Source: Octopus vulgaris (lineage: Eukaryota). Taken from it: a DNA stretch of 64,000 nt. A model generated the notes under the pieces. The model saw only the letters and a program-made list of their open reading frames with translations. It did no database searches and was not told where the DNA came from. A program made the position numbers and the translations under genes. The stretch lies in assembly GCA_951406725.2 (NCBI GenBank), contig OX597823.1, forward strand, positions 84,258,001-84,322,000, read 5' to 3'. Below are positions 10,381 through 24,270 of this stretch, in pieces; the stretch's first letter is position 1, and every line of letters starts with the position of its first letter.

Positions 10381-13371
10381 CCCCTTATCTTTGACTTGTT
10401 TCAGTTATTAGACAGTGGCCATGCTGGAGCACAACCTTGTAGAATTTTAATCAAATGAATCGACCCCAGTACCTACTTTAAAAACATTTTTGCAGCCTGG
10501 TACTTATCCTGTGGGTTTATTTTGCTAAGATGCAAAGATACAGGAACGTAAGCACACCAACACCAGCTGTCAAGGAATGGGGTGGGGGAGGGGTGCAAAC
10601 GCACACGCATATATACACAAATATACAAGCACATACATGTCAGGCTTCTTTCAGTTTCCGTGTACCAAATCCACTCATAAGGCTTTGGTAAGTCCGAGGC
10701 CATAGTAGATGCTTGCCCAAGGTGCCACACAGTGGGACTGAACTCGGAACCATACAGTTGGGAACCAAGCTTCTTACTACATAACCATGCCTACATCATG
10801 AATTTTTTTTTTTTCTCCAAGATAGGCACAGGAGCGGCTGTGTGATAGGTAGCTTGCTTACCAACTACATGGTTCTGGGTTCAGTCCCACTGCATGACAC
10901 TTTGGTCACGTGTCTTCTACTATAGCCTCAGGCCAACCAAAGCCTTGTGAGTGGATTTGGTAGGCAGAAACTGAAAGAAGCCCGTTGTATATATGTATAA
11001 ATATATGTGTGTGTGTATGTTGTGTATCTGAGTTTGTCCCCCCAACATTGCTTGACAACCGATGCTAGTGTGTTTAGGTCCCCATAACTTAGCGGTTCAG
11101 CAAAGGAGTCCGACAGAATAAGTACTAGGCTTACAAAGAATAAGTCCTGAGGTCGATTTGATTCGAGTAAAAGGCAGTGCTCCAGCATGGCCACATCAAA
11201 ACTGCAGTCGTGTAAGATACCAATGTCACACAAATGGCATCCATGCTAGGGGCATATAAAAGCACATTTCAAGCGTTGGGTCTCATGGAGGCAAGGACCA
11301 AGACCATCTGACCTTATGCCAGGTTTTAGCATTGGGCCTCACGGAGGCAATGACCAAGTCCATTTGGCATTTTGCCTTGTTTGAGAAGACTCACCAAGCC
11401 AAATAAAACTGTAGTCATGGCAGATACTGGTGTCATACAAATAGCACCCGTGCTAGTGGCACGTAAAAGCACCCATTACCCTCTCAAAGTGGTTGGCGTT
11501 AGGAAGGGCTTCCAGCCGTAGAAACCATGCCAAAAGAGACAGAAGTCTGGTGCAGTCTTCCAGCTTGCTAGCCCTGGTCAGACCATCCAACCCATGCCAG
11601 CATGGATAACAGACGTTAAATGATGACGATGATGATGATCTCATAACTTCATCGGCAACATGGCCTGAGAAGGCTTGACAGAAAATAACTACTGGGTGCT
11701 AGCATTACGACTACTTAAAAGGAGGTAAGTGGGGGCTACAAAAGAAAAGAGGTCAAGAACCCCTTGGTTAAATAAATACTCCAAGATTAAAGGTGATTTA
11801 GCTGCTATCTCATGCAGGTCAAGCTACCATATAGAGGCTGTCGTTAACTCAATATTTCTGTCATAGATCTGTATGGTGTTCCTACTGAAATTATTATCTT
11901 CAGTGCATTCTTTTCACTTGCGATAGCCTTTTCTCTCTCTCTCTGTTTCTCTTTTTCTATCTTTCTTTCTTTTCTTTATTCATTCTTTCTTGAAATATTC
12001 TTTATAATGAATGTTTTATCCTGCACAAAATGGCAGAGAACCTCTCAGAGCTAACAAACAGCATTTTTACTCTGAAAATTCAATGAATTTCTGTCTGTAG
12101 TCAGATCTTCTATTAAGACTTCATTTGACTATCTTTAGATTACCATTCTTCATTTTGTAAATGGCAGGTAAGGAATATCTTTTTTAAGATTAATAACAAA
12201 AAAAAAAGGCCTATCGCTGTGTATTAGACAAAAGGTATTCTCTTCATACTCATACCCCCCTCCCCCTCCCCCTCTCCACCAATTGATACTATTTTTTTCT
12301 TCTTTTTCCTTCGTACATTTTGTCTTTTTTCTTTTTCTTTTTTTTTTTTTTTCATATTTCTAAATTAAAGCTATCATTAAGACCTATTCAGTTTCACATT
12401 ATATTAAAAATTGCTTGAGGCCATACATATTTTAACAGAAACAGCACCAGAGAAGAAGAAGAAGAAGAAAATAAATATAAAAAAATAAAAATGATAATAA
12501 TAATAATAATAATGATAATAATGAAAATTTCACCTTTTTATCAAAGCAATATTTCAAATGATTAATGTTCTGTGAGATATATATCTTGTAGTGAAAAAGA
12601 AAAGGGGGAAAAAACCACATGCATGCATGCATACATACATGCATATACATACATATATATATATGCGTATATGATCTGGTGTGTATTTCTTTATAATTTC
12701 ATCCCTACTTAAGGTCTATGCTGTTGCCCTTAAGTTATCGCTGCATCATGTTCCTCCTGCTATATCCTTAAAAGTTTAAAACTCTGTTAAAAAGAAAAAA
12801 AGATATATAATAAATAATAATCCTAAAAAGACAAACGAAATCAATTACTCGCTATTTAGCAATGAATGTGCTGCTTTTTGATTCCTCTGTAATTGTTGGT
12901 CTTCAAATTCGTCGAATTTAAATTCTTAATATTCTATTTATATTGGCTGGACACCGCTATCTCTCCATCCCTTATTCCGTTTCTGTAGTTATTTTCTGTC
13001 AAGCCTTCTCTGACCATGTTGTTATGCTGCATGCACACACATACATGTATAGATGTGTTGGGGTGTTTTTGAAAATTGCCTTTCATCCTTTCAGGGTCGA
13101 TGAATTAAGTACCAGTGAAACACTGGGGTTGATGAAATCGACTTTCCCTCTCCCCAAAATTTCAGGCCTTGTACCTTTAGTAGAAAGGATTATTATTATT
13201 TTTTTTAATTATTTATTTATTCTCTCATTTCATTATATGTAATCCCCCTCACTTTATGTCTGTTTTGTATTGTTGTCCTCATCCTTTCCCTGGTGACAAA
13301 TAAATGAAATCGTTATTATTATTATTCAGGCAGCAAGCTAGCAGAATCATTAATGTGCTGGACAAAATGCT

Positions 13372-13598
13372 TAACCCTTTAGCATTTAAACTGGCCATAT
13401 CAGGCGCAAACATTCTCTCCGTTTTAGATCCAAGTTGACCAGATCCAGCCTCTCACACTTATTCCACAATGTTATTCTAAAAATAAACAATCACATCATC
13501 AAAAGCTTGAAGTTACAAGATAGTGCTGTATTAAAAATGATTAAACGTGATTAAGTAAGCATTACATTTGATAGAATAATCTGAATACTAAAGGGTTA
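13372..13598. mobile_element. Second piggyBac-like MITE family, inserted in a family B SINE
   Basis: TTAA-CCCTTTAGCATT ... AATACTAAAGGG-TTAA termini; SINE B sequence resumes after it. Degenerate copies near 2090-2265, 10255-10310 and 59745-59930. Confidence 0.8.
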
Positions 13599-13769
13599 AG
13601 GCAGTTTGTTCATTTTTATGTTTTGAGTTCAAATTCTGCCGGGGTCAACTTTGTCTTTCATCCTTTCGGGGTCGATAAAATAAGTACCAGTTGAGCACCT
13701 GAAGGCAATGTAATCATCTTATCCTCTCCCAAGAAGTTGCTGGCCATGTGCCAAAATTTGAAAATATTA

Positions 13770-14310
13770 TCATTGAGTGAGAGAGCAGTGCATGCCATCA
13801 AAGTGACACTGGGATACAAATATACAAAGCCCAATATACCTATCATGACTACTCATCTGATAAGGGTACACCAGGCACATGCATTACGGCCATGTGAGCA
13901 TGACATGGTGATCTCATATCAAGATAAACAGTGCATGACCTTACTTGCAGGTGGAACCCAGTCAGAATTTTCTTCTGGTTGAGTAACCCATCCCACTCAA
14001 AAGGTCCCTGAATAATAGTTGTTTAAGGATGTTGAACAAAACACCCATGTTTCCGAAGGTGAATTATCCAAACCTCCAAGAATTCCTTTCAGCACACGAC
14101 TATGATTCTCCCCTACTACTTCTACTCGTGGTCAGAGATGCACATATTGTCAGCCACTAAGGGACATGCTCAGCTGGTTAAGGGCAAGGAACTGACAAGC
14201 AAATTTGTGGTATTGAGCAGAATATTTGCTGTAGCCCATCTTTTATACCAAGACAAAACATGATAACACTTCCAATCAGTTAAGATGAGAAGCCATGAAA
14301 GCCACTGCCT
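13770..14310. repeat. Unclassified interspersed repeat
   Basis: 14060-14230 is repeated at ~27445-27615 (cagagatgcacatattgtcagccact...gagcagaatattt). Confidence 0.65.
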
Positions 14311-14483
14311 GTGGCAAACTGGCAGAATCATTACAGAGTCAGACAAAATGCTTAATGGCCTTTCTTCTGGCTTTTTCCATTCTGAGTTCAAATTCCACCA
14401 AGGTCAACTTTGCCGTTCATCCTTTCTTGAGTTGATAAAACATAGGACCAGTTGAACACTGTTTGATGTGATCGACTTTATCC

Positions 14484-14740
14484 TGTGGTATGGGCATGTG
14501 TTGAGGAGGGATGAAGAGCATGTTCTGAGGAGGGTTGATTACGTTTGAGGTAAATAGAGGGCAAAAGTGAGGTAGACCGAGGAAAAGGTGGAGGGGACAG
14601 TTGGATGAGGAAATTGGGAAGGTTGGTTTGAAAAAGGATACCCAAAACTGGGCAAGATGATGTGAGGGTGGTTGCTATGGCACTGAGGTAGATCCAGCCA
14701 CTCCCGTTAATGGGGACAAAACATGGATTTAAAACACTGG
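14484..14740 (+). mobile_element. RTE-clade LINE 3' fragment (decayed ORF C-terminus)
   Basis: Translates as WYGHVLRRDEEHVLRR.../GRPRKRWRGQLDEEIGKVGL, the typical RTE C-terminal WxGHVxR...GRPxxxW motif; frameshift and stop present. Confidence 0.8.
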
Positions 14741-15924
14741 AAAGAAAAAGAATCCTTCCTTTTAAAATTTAAAACATGAATTGCGTAACAAATAGTCAGT
14801 AATTAAAAATTCTGAATATGTTCATCATCATCATCAACACAATCGTTTAATGCCCATTATTCATGCTGGCATGAGTTAGATGGTTCAACAGGAACCAGTG
14901 AGCCAGAGGGCTGTGCTGAGCTTGAGTGTCCCCTTTGGCATAGCTTCTTCAGTTGGATTCCTATTTCTTATGTTAATCACTTCACTGAGTATTAATGACT
15001 GTAAGCACATGGTATTTTGTTATGCAACTATAATATGCTACAGAGAATTTTTAATGTTTTAGATAGTTTCCAACAAGGGTTTTGAGGGATTTACTAAATC
15101 AACCCCATTTATTTACTTACTATGTCAAGTTAGTGTTTATAATATAATCTAATAAAACGTTCTAACCTAGAATTTTGACAGTGGTTTAAAAGTAAAGATT
15201 GTTTTCCAACATAACATGGCAGTCCTGGTTTAGGATAAATGTTGCTGTAATTTAGCACCCCCAACTCATCTCAAAACAATATTTGTGTATCGTGATTCAT
15301 GGGTTATTTCCATTCATCAGCACAGAATAATTGTTCAGCTAGAGGTGGTGCTGCCAAATTCCTGTTCAAAATATAGTTTTCAAAGTGACAACTAGTCACT
15401 GATTAAAAAATTTTTTTTTTCTTTGTAAGAATGCCTTAAAACAGGACCTTTTTTTTTTTTTTATCAAAGTACTGAGGTTGGTTATCATGAGAAGAGCTTG
15501 TCTGAATTTTTTTCAAATTCTTTGAGGCAAAATTACATTTCACCCTTTTCCTTCCAAAAGTTTAATAAACAAGTCGTTTACATCAACCCCAGTGCTCAAC
15601 TGGTCCTTATTTTATTGACCCTGAAAGGATGAAAGGCAGGGTCAACTTTGGCTGAATTTGAACTCAGAGCATAAAGACGGATAAAATGCTTAGCAGCATT
15701 TTTTCTGGTATGCTAACGATTGTGCCTACTTGCCACCTGTATCTATAATTATATCAATACTAAAAGATGTTTTCATGAGATATTGTGAACCAACTACAGC
15801 TACAAACTTAACACCCTAATTCTATCTAATCTATTATTTAAGAAGTCATAAAAAAATCTTCATGAAAATACACCTAATTCCTGTAAGCATGGAAAGCTGG
15901 ATGTTAAGATGATTATATATGTGC

Positions 15925-15985
<61 letters not shown>

Positions 15986-17292
15986 AACCCACTAAACTTT
16001 CAGAGTGGTTGGCGTTAGGAAGGATATCCAGCTGTAGAAACCTTGTCAGATCGGATTGGAGCCTGGTGCAGACCTCTGTCAAACCATCCAACCCATGCCA
16101 GCATGGAAAACGGATGTTAAATGATGTTGATGATAATACACACAGACACACACACACGCACGGTTATGAAGTTTGCTTCCCAACCACATGGTTCTGGGTT
16201 CAGTCCCACTGCATGGCATCTTCGGCAAGTGCCTTCTATTGTAATCCTGGTTTGACCAAAATCTTGTTGATCCGTTTACATCCATGTAACTTAGCAGTCT
16301 GGTAGGAGAAACTGTTTGAATAAGTGCCAGATTGTTATTTAAAAAATTTTTAGAACTGGGGATCAATCTGTTCGACTAAAGCCCTTCCAGATGCTGCTCC
16401 AGGCTGACTGCTCTCCAATGACTCATGCAAATAACAGATAAAATATATATCCTCTCTCACACACACACACACACACACACATATTTGCCTCTGTGTGTGT
16501 TTGTGTGATTTTATCTGTTTACATATGCGAGTGTATGTGTGTGTTTGTGTGTGAGTATACTTCATGTATGGAAATGAAGCATTGAATATTTGAAATGTCT
16601 ATTTGCAGTGATTTTTATCAAATATCAATAGCCAAAGCTACAGAAATTAAATTCAGTATTGATATTTAGAAATTTAACGAGTTTACTTTGTTTACTGCTT
16701 AATGTTAATTACCAATTAGCTTCTTGGTTTATTCGCTTAATTGCAATGAATATGAATAAATTTGAAATTAATATTTTCTTAGCAATCTATTAAACCTACG
16801 TTTTTAAGGTGGAAAAAGAAATTAGGGTAAAATTCTACTAAATTTTATCAAAATAGATTAATTTGCAACATGGTTTATACATACATATATACACACACAT
16901 ATATACTTATGCATATACATGTTATATATATGTATGTGTGGGTATAATATCCTTAATCTCTTAGCTAATTGAAAGCCATACTACTTCTTGAGAATCATGA
17001 CTCATACACATATATACATGTGTGTGTGTGTGTGTATATATCATTGCTATTATGTTACACTGTCGTATGTCCAAATTTAGCCAAATGCGTTTTTTTTTAA
17101 AGAAATTATTTTTGCTTGCAATAGCAGGTTCTTTTGGTCAAACTATCGTATCTCCAACCGCTTCAGATGCCAAGATATCAAAAATTGTCAAAGTGTAGTA
17201 CAGTGGTTTTGTTATGGAATGGTGAAACTATTTTTGTGTTTTCTGAAAAGGTCACGTTTTGGTCTTACGACACTTTTGCATAATAGCAGCGA

Positions 17293-17388
17293 TGTATATG
17301 TATGTATGTATGTTTGTATGTATGTACATACGTTTGTATGTATATATGTATGTATATATGTATGTATATATGTATATATATATGTATG

Positions 17389-17421
<33 letters not shown>

Positions 17422-17518
17422 GTGTATGTATATATGTGTATGTATGTATATAAAAGTATGTATGTATATATGTGTATGTATGTATATGTATATATGTGTA
17501 TGTATGTATATACGTATG

Positions 17519-17553
<35 letters not shown>

Positions 17554-17564
17554 TTATGTATGTG

Positions 17565-17599
<35 letters not shown>

Positions 17600-17610
17600 T
17601 TATGTATGTG

Positions 17611-17645
<35 letters not shown>

Positions 17646-17746
17646 TTATGTATGTGTATATATATGTATGTATATATTTATGTATGTGTATATATATGTA
17701 TGTATATATTTATGTATGTGTATATATATGTATGTATATATTTATG

Positions 17747-17779
<33 letters not shown>

Positions 17780-17804
17780 ATGTATGTATATATTTATGTA
17801 TGTG

Positions 17805-17835
<31 letters not shown>

Positions 17836-17936
17836 GTATATATATGTATGTATATATTTATGTATGTGTATATATATATATATGTATATATATGTATGTA
17901 TATATTTATGTATGTGTATATATATATGTGTATATA

Positions 17937-17972
<36 letters not shown>
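17293..17972. repeat. (TA)n/(TATG)n compound microsatellite
   Basis: Low complexity; source of spurious YMYVCI ORFs. Similar blocks at 25750-26290, 36685-37040, 42290-42490, 47490-48200 and 53500-55260. Confidence 0.95.
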
Positions 17973-17975
<3 letters not shown>

Positions 17976-18839
17976 TTGGCATCAGAAAATTTGTCTAACC
18001 GTAGAAAATCTCCTTCAACAAGTTTTATTTTGCCCATGTCAGCTTAGAAGAACAGATGTAAAAATTATATATATACATATATATATATGTGTGTGTTTGT
18101 GTGTGTTTACTTGTTCATTTGTATATGCATTTATTTGTGTTCACATACATGTATACAAGTATACTTATATAATATTTATGCATGTGTGTATGTGTGTGCA
18201 TAAATATGTTTGTGTCTAGATATATATATATGTGAATATTTGTGTGTGTGTATGCGTGTATAGTGTGTGCCTATGTAAATACATATGTATAAATATGTTT
18301 GTGTGTGCATATATATATATATGCACACACATGAATATTTGTGTGTGTGTGTCAGTGGGTAGTAAGAACACTTTTGAAATTTGATTAGTCTCTCCATATG
18401 TGATCATTTTACAAATTAGCATCTAAATTACGTTCGTCATCGAACTCAAACTTCCATATTCTCATCTATCTGCCTCTTCTAAAACATGTTCTCTCCTACT
18501 CCGAAATGGTCAGGTCAACTTCTTAATCACCTTCACTAATTGAAAATATTTTTAAACGATGCCACCCATATATAGATAAAAACCTCAAACAAATTCTTTA
18601 TATTACCTGTTTTTCTTTCGAAATAACTTCTTGGGTGAAAATATGCAATTGCATTCTTTAAATTATTCTGATCACTACCAAAACTAATGACCTTCTCCCC
18701 ATCTTAATTCCTGCTAATTGCCCTCATCTTGGATACAGCTATGGTTTTCTAATTGAGAAACACATTCTTCATTGCAAATAGAGATTTTGATACTTTTTGT
18801 TTTTGTTCTTTTATTAGTGTTATCGTTTTATTATTTATG

Positions 18840-19192
18840 GTTAAGATGACGAACCTGCAGACTCATTAGCATGCTTAGAGGAATTTTGTCTGTCTTTATG
18901 CTCTGAGAGCAAATTCTGCCAATATTGATTTGGTCTTTCATCCTCTTGGTTTGATGAAATAAGTACCAGTTGACCACTGAGGTCAATATAATCAATTAGC
19001 CCCACCACTCCTAAAAAACAAAACTTTCTGGCCTTATACCTATACTAGAAAGTATCATTATTATTATTATTATTATTATCATCATCATCATTATAGACAT
19101 CGCACAGTATACAATATCATGAGGTTGTTGATTGAAGATATTGTTTCTACCAGGGGTTTGTATTGTCTGTCAAGTCACAACAAGGACCTTAG

Positions 19193-19227
<35 letters not shown>

Positions 19228-21178
19228 GGTGGTAAGCTGGCAGATTTATTAGCACTCCAGGTGAAATGCTTAGCAGTATTTCGTCTGCCGCTTTGTTCTG
19301 AGTTCAAATTCCTCTGAGGTCAACTTTACTTTCCATCTTTTTGGGGTTGATTAAATAAGTAGCAGTTACTCACTGGGATCGATGTAATCAACTTAATCCC
19401 TTCTCCCAAGCTGCCTTTGTTGTAAAAATTTGAAATCATCATTATTATTATTATTATTATTATTGAAGTGGCGAGGTGGTAGAAACGTTAGCTCGCCAAG
19501 CGAAAGGTATTTCATCTGTCATTACGCTCTGAGTTCAAATTCCGCTGAGGTCAACTTTGCCTTTCATTCTTTCGGGGTTAATAAATTAAATACCAGTTGT
19601 GTACTGAGGTCGATCAAATCGACTCCCACTGCCCCAAAATTTCAGGCCTTGTGCCTAGAGTAGAAAGGATTATTATTATTATTATTATTAAGGTGGCGAG
19701 CTGGCAAAATCATTAGCACTCCAGGTGAAATGCTTAGCAGTATTTCGTCTGCCACTTCATTCTGAGTTCAAATTCCTCCGAGGTCAACCTTGCCTTTCAT
19801 CCTTTTGGGATCAAAGAAATAAGTACCAATCAACCACTGGTGTCAATGTAATCAACTAACCCCCTCACCCCAAATGTCTGTCCTTGTGCCTATAGTAGAA
19901 AGGATCATTATTTTCCAACTCTTTTTTCTTTTTCTTAAGGCAGCAAGCTGTGAGAATCGTTAGTGTATTGGACAAAACGCTTTGTGACATTTTGTCTGTC
20001 TTTTCATTCTGAGTTCTCATAGGGTCAATAAAAATAAGTATCAGTCATGCACTGGAGTTGATGTAATTGACTTGGCTCCTCCACCCAAAATATCAGGCCA
20101 TGTGCCTATAGTGGTAAAGATTATTGTTGTTGTTATTATTGTGGTGTGCTGGTGCAATTGCAAGTGCATCAGGCAGAATGCTCAATGGCGTTTTTCTTGG
20201 CTCTTTTCATTCTGACATCAAATTCCGCCACGATCAACTTTGCCTTTCATCCTTTTGGGCTTGATAAAATAAGCAATGGGTGAGCACTGCAGTCGATGTA
20301 ATCAACTAGCTCCATTTCTCAAAATTGCTGGCCTTGTGCCAAAACAGGAAATCATTAAAGGCCATGAGTTGGCAGAGTTATTACTGCACTGAACATGGCA
20401 CATTTCCTTTGGCTCCACATTCTGAGTTCAAATTCTGCTGAGGTCAACTTTGCTTCCATCAAATAAATACCAATTTCTTTACTACCCACAAGGGGCTAAA
20501 CACAGAGTGGACAAACAAGTACAGACAAATGGATTAAGTCAATTACATCAACCCCAGTTCGTAACTGGTACTTAATTTATCGACCCCGAAAGGATGAAAG
20601 GCAAAGTCAACCTTGGCGGAATTTGAACTCCGAACGTAACGGCAGATGAAATACCGCTAAGCATTTCGCCTGGCGTGCTAACGTTTCTAGATACCAATTG
20701 AGCCCCTGGGTTGATGTAAGCTACTAGTCTTCTCCCTTCTTCCCCAAAATCTCAGTTCATGTGCCTATAGTAGAAACAAATGAACGACAGTTTGTTTGTC
20801 TTTACATTCTGAGTCCCAAGTGCCACTGGGGTCAACTGTTTTTCACCCTATTGGGGGTTGATAAAAATAAAACTGTACCTGTTGAACCCTGGGATTGATG
20901 TAATCAACTAGCCTTCTCCTTGAATTTGCTGGCCTTGTGCCAACATTTGAACCATCATTGTTAAAGTGGCGAGCTGTCAGAATCATTAGTATGCTGGGCA
21001 AAATGCTTAGCGGCATTTCATCTGTCTTTACGTTCTGAGTTCAAATGCTGCTGAGGTCAACTTTGCCTTTCATTTTTCCGGGGTCACTTAAATAAGTAGT
21101 AGCCAAGCATTGGCGTCATTGTAATCGACTGTCCCCCTCCCTCAAATTTCAGGCCTTGTGCATTTAGTAGAAAGGATG

Positions 21179-21180
<2 letters not shown>
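18840..21180 (+). mobile_element. Head-to-tail array of about 9 SINE family B copies
   Basis: Units of ~220-240 bp starting near 18843, 19226, 19465, 19690, 19937, 20140, 20358, 20790 (5'-truncated) and 20963, mostly separated by (ATT)n. Confidence 0.85.
20476..20690 (-). mobile_element. Inverted SINE B-related copy inserted in another copy, with 9-bp TSD
   Basis: ataccaatt duplicated at 20467-20475 and 20691-20699; host SINE continues after the insertion. Confidence 0.85.
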
Positions 21181-21211
<31 letters not shown>

Positions 21212-21341
21212 GTTAAGGCATTTATTTTTTCATAATTGTTAATGGTAGCCTTTAATTGAAACAAAATGTTCTGTTTGCTTAGTGGAAAGCAAAATAATGA
21301 ATCCTCAAACAATGCATAAATTTGTCCTAGGTTCTTGTGCC

Positions 21342-21379
<38 letters not shown>

Positions 21380-21946
21380 TGGAGCTAAGATTAAGCCACA
21401 AAATATTAAGATGTAGGATCGAAATTGAGAGATAACTTTTTGGGTGGGGTGGGCTGAGAGCAGGGCTGACCTTGATGGGCAGGTGAAGTGTGTTATGTGG
21501 TGAGGTGATATGAGGTTATGTTTTCGGTAAGATTGGAGTCTGTAGGGGAGGGGAGGGTGTTTGCCATAAAATTCTTTAAAAATTCCTTACGGCTTTTTTT
21601 CTTTTTCTTTTTTTTTTTTTTTTGTAACTGCTTAATAAATTATGCTTGTTGCAGTTAATGACAGCAGCTAATTTGGTTTTCATGACCGTAGAGTCATCTA
21701 ATTCTTATTGAAAATTCCAATAAATTTAGTGGCGGCCAGTGTTGGAGTGGGGGAGGGGGTGTTTCATAGATATAAATATGTATATTATATGTAAATAAAT
21801 GACTGACCGATCAATCTGTCTATTTGGTAAGGCATTGGTGCTCATCTGTAATGCATATATTTTCGTTGCAGTGTGAGTGTTTGTACTTGTGTGTGACTCT
21901 TGTATGTTTATGTATATCCATGTATGTATATATGTGTGTGTGTGTG

Positions 21947-21997
<51 letters not shown>

Positions 21998-22090
21998 CAA
22001 AAATTTAACAGAAACACAAATAGAAAATTCTAGCTAATTCTTCATCAGTCAACATCCAAAAGATTCTTACAATTTCACTCCATTAACATT

Positions 22091-22124
<34 letters not shown>

Positions 22125-22769
22125 ATGTGGTGGCTGTGTGGTAAGTAGCTTGCTTACCAACCACATGGTTCCGGGTTCAGTCCCATTGCGTGGCACCTTG
22201 GGAAAGTGTCTCCTGCTATAGCTTCTGGGCGACCAAAACCTTGTGAGTGAATTTGGTAGACGGAAACTGAAAGAAGCCCGTTGTATGTGTGTGTGTGTGT
22301 GTGTGTGTATTTGTGTGTCCGTGGTTGTACTCCCCATATTGCTTGTTGGTGTGTTTATGTCCCTGTAAATTAGCAGTTCAGCAACAGAGACTGATTGAAT
22401 AAGTACTAACTAGGCTTACAGAGAATAAGTACTGGAGTCGATTTGCTTGACTAAAGGTGGTGCTCCAGCATGGCTGCAGTCAAGTAACTGAAACAAATGA
22501 ATATATATAACACGGGCACATATGCATACATACAGGCATATTGAGTGTGTATATTGTATATACACTTGTGCATAAATTTTCGTCGGGCAGTTCTCTACAA
22601 TTAAACCAGCTCCGTTAATAATACGTGCACACACATGCTAACACGCACTGGCATGTACGCATTCATACATACAACTAGCTCATACACATTATCATAACTG
22701 GTTTGCACATATTTACACTGCCTCCCACTCTTTCTTTCTCTCTCTCTCTACATATATACACCCATCTCC

Positions 22770-22856
22770 TCAATCTATCTGTCTCTGTCTGCCCATATGC
22801 CGGTCTGTCTATCTATCTATCTGTCTGTCCATCCATTTATCTGTTGGTCCATCTGA

Positions 22857-22891
<35 letters not shown>

Positions 22892-23177
22892 CCTACCTAC
22901 CTACCTATCTATCGATCGTTTATCTATTGCTCTCTCTCTCTCTCTATCTATCTGTCTATCTCTATCTATCTATCTACCTATCTATCTATCTATCTATCTA
23001 TCTCTCTATCTATCTCTCTGTCTATCTATCTATCTATCTATCTACCTATGTATGTATCTGTCTATCGCTCTGTCTATCTCTCTGTCTATCTCTCTCTCTC
23101 TCTATCTATCTATCTACCTATGTATCTATCTATCTATCTACCTATGTATCTATCTATCTATCTACCTATCTATCTGC

Positions 23178-23219
<42 letters not shown>

Positions 23220-23290
23220 CTCTGTCTACCTCTCTCTCTCTCTGTCTATCTATATATCTGTCTATCTGTGTACCCTAAATACTTATCTAT
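22770..23290. repeat. (TCTA)n/(TCTG)n tetranucleotide microsatellite
   Basis: Visible tandem tcta/tctg units. Confidence 0.95.
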
Positions 23291-23354
23291 CCATCCTTTT
23301 ACCTTCACTCTCTCTCTCTCGTTTGTTACATTATCCTCTTATTACCAACAAATT

Positions 23355-24270
23355 CATGGTGGTGGCAGCATCAGTACTAATAATGTTCTGGTTGGTGATA
23401 TGACCATCATCATTTGCTAGTGGTTTATAGTGGTACCATTGTTTTGGTGATGATGGTCGGCAGTGATGCCTATAGTATATAGCAGTATTTAGTACTGTTA
23501 GTGTTATTTGTTGCTGAGCATACGAAGTATCTGGGTGAAGGGTGATGATGTGGATGATGCTAGTGATAATGACTGCTGTGGTGATGGAGACATAAACGAG
23601 TTTAGGTGGTAGTGTCATTGGGAGGTGGTACTGTTAATGGTATTGGTGATGGAGTTAGTTGTGTTAATGGTTATTAGTGGTGGTTGTAGTGTTGTTATTG
23701 GCGTTGATGGTGGTAGTATTGGTGGTGGTGCTGGCGGTACTGTTACTGGTGCTGGTAGTAACAGCAGTGTTGTTGCACTAGTGTTGGTGATGATGGTGGT
23801 GGTAATGCTGTTTTGGTGATAATAGTGTTCTTATTGATGGTGATGGTCACAGCAATGTCTGTGGTGGTGGTGCTGGTGGTTGTGGTGATGGTATCAGTGG
23901 TTGTGGTGATGGTGGTGGCAATGGTGTCTGAGTTATTTGCAATAGCAGGTGAGGAGTTGATGGTTGTGATAGCAGTGTTGTTTTTGGTGGTAATGACAGC
24001 ACTACTGTTTGTGGTGGTGATGGTGGTCGTAGTAAGTGTTGCTAGTGGCAGTGGTGGTGATGGCTGATAGTGTTGTGATTGTTGGCAGTGGGGGTCATGG
24101 TGATGATAATGGCAATGATAGTCATGGTAGGAGTGGTGGTGGTGGTGCTGATTGTGTTTTTACTGATGATGTTGGTAGCAGTGTTGTTGTCAGTAGTTGT
24201 GGTGGTCATGGTGATAGTCTTATTTACGGTGGTTGTGGTGGTGGTGGTGGAGTTGCTGTTTGCAGTTCTT
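23355..24270. repeat. Degenerate (GGT/GAT/GTT)n trinucleotide block
   Basis: G/T-rich low-complexity sequence; ORFs are poly-V/poly-G artefacts. Confidence 0.85.

Noticed and set aside
12161-12167. ATG GCA G|gtaagg as the first coding exon of a nested gene
   Set aside because: No downstream coding exons found; better explained as a cryptic or recursive site within a stem.
17219-18219. Long ORFs of 191-305 aa, and similar ones at 25382-26528, 47413-48163 and 53747-54375
   Set aside because: Translations of TA/TG/CA microsatellites (YIYI/CVCV), open in several frames; not genes.
18840-21180. CRISPR-like or satellite array
   Set aside because: Units are ~230-bp SINE copies also dispersed elsewhere; no repeat-spacer structure; eukaryotic context.
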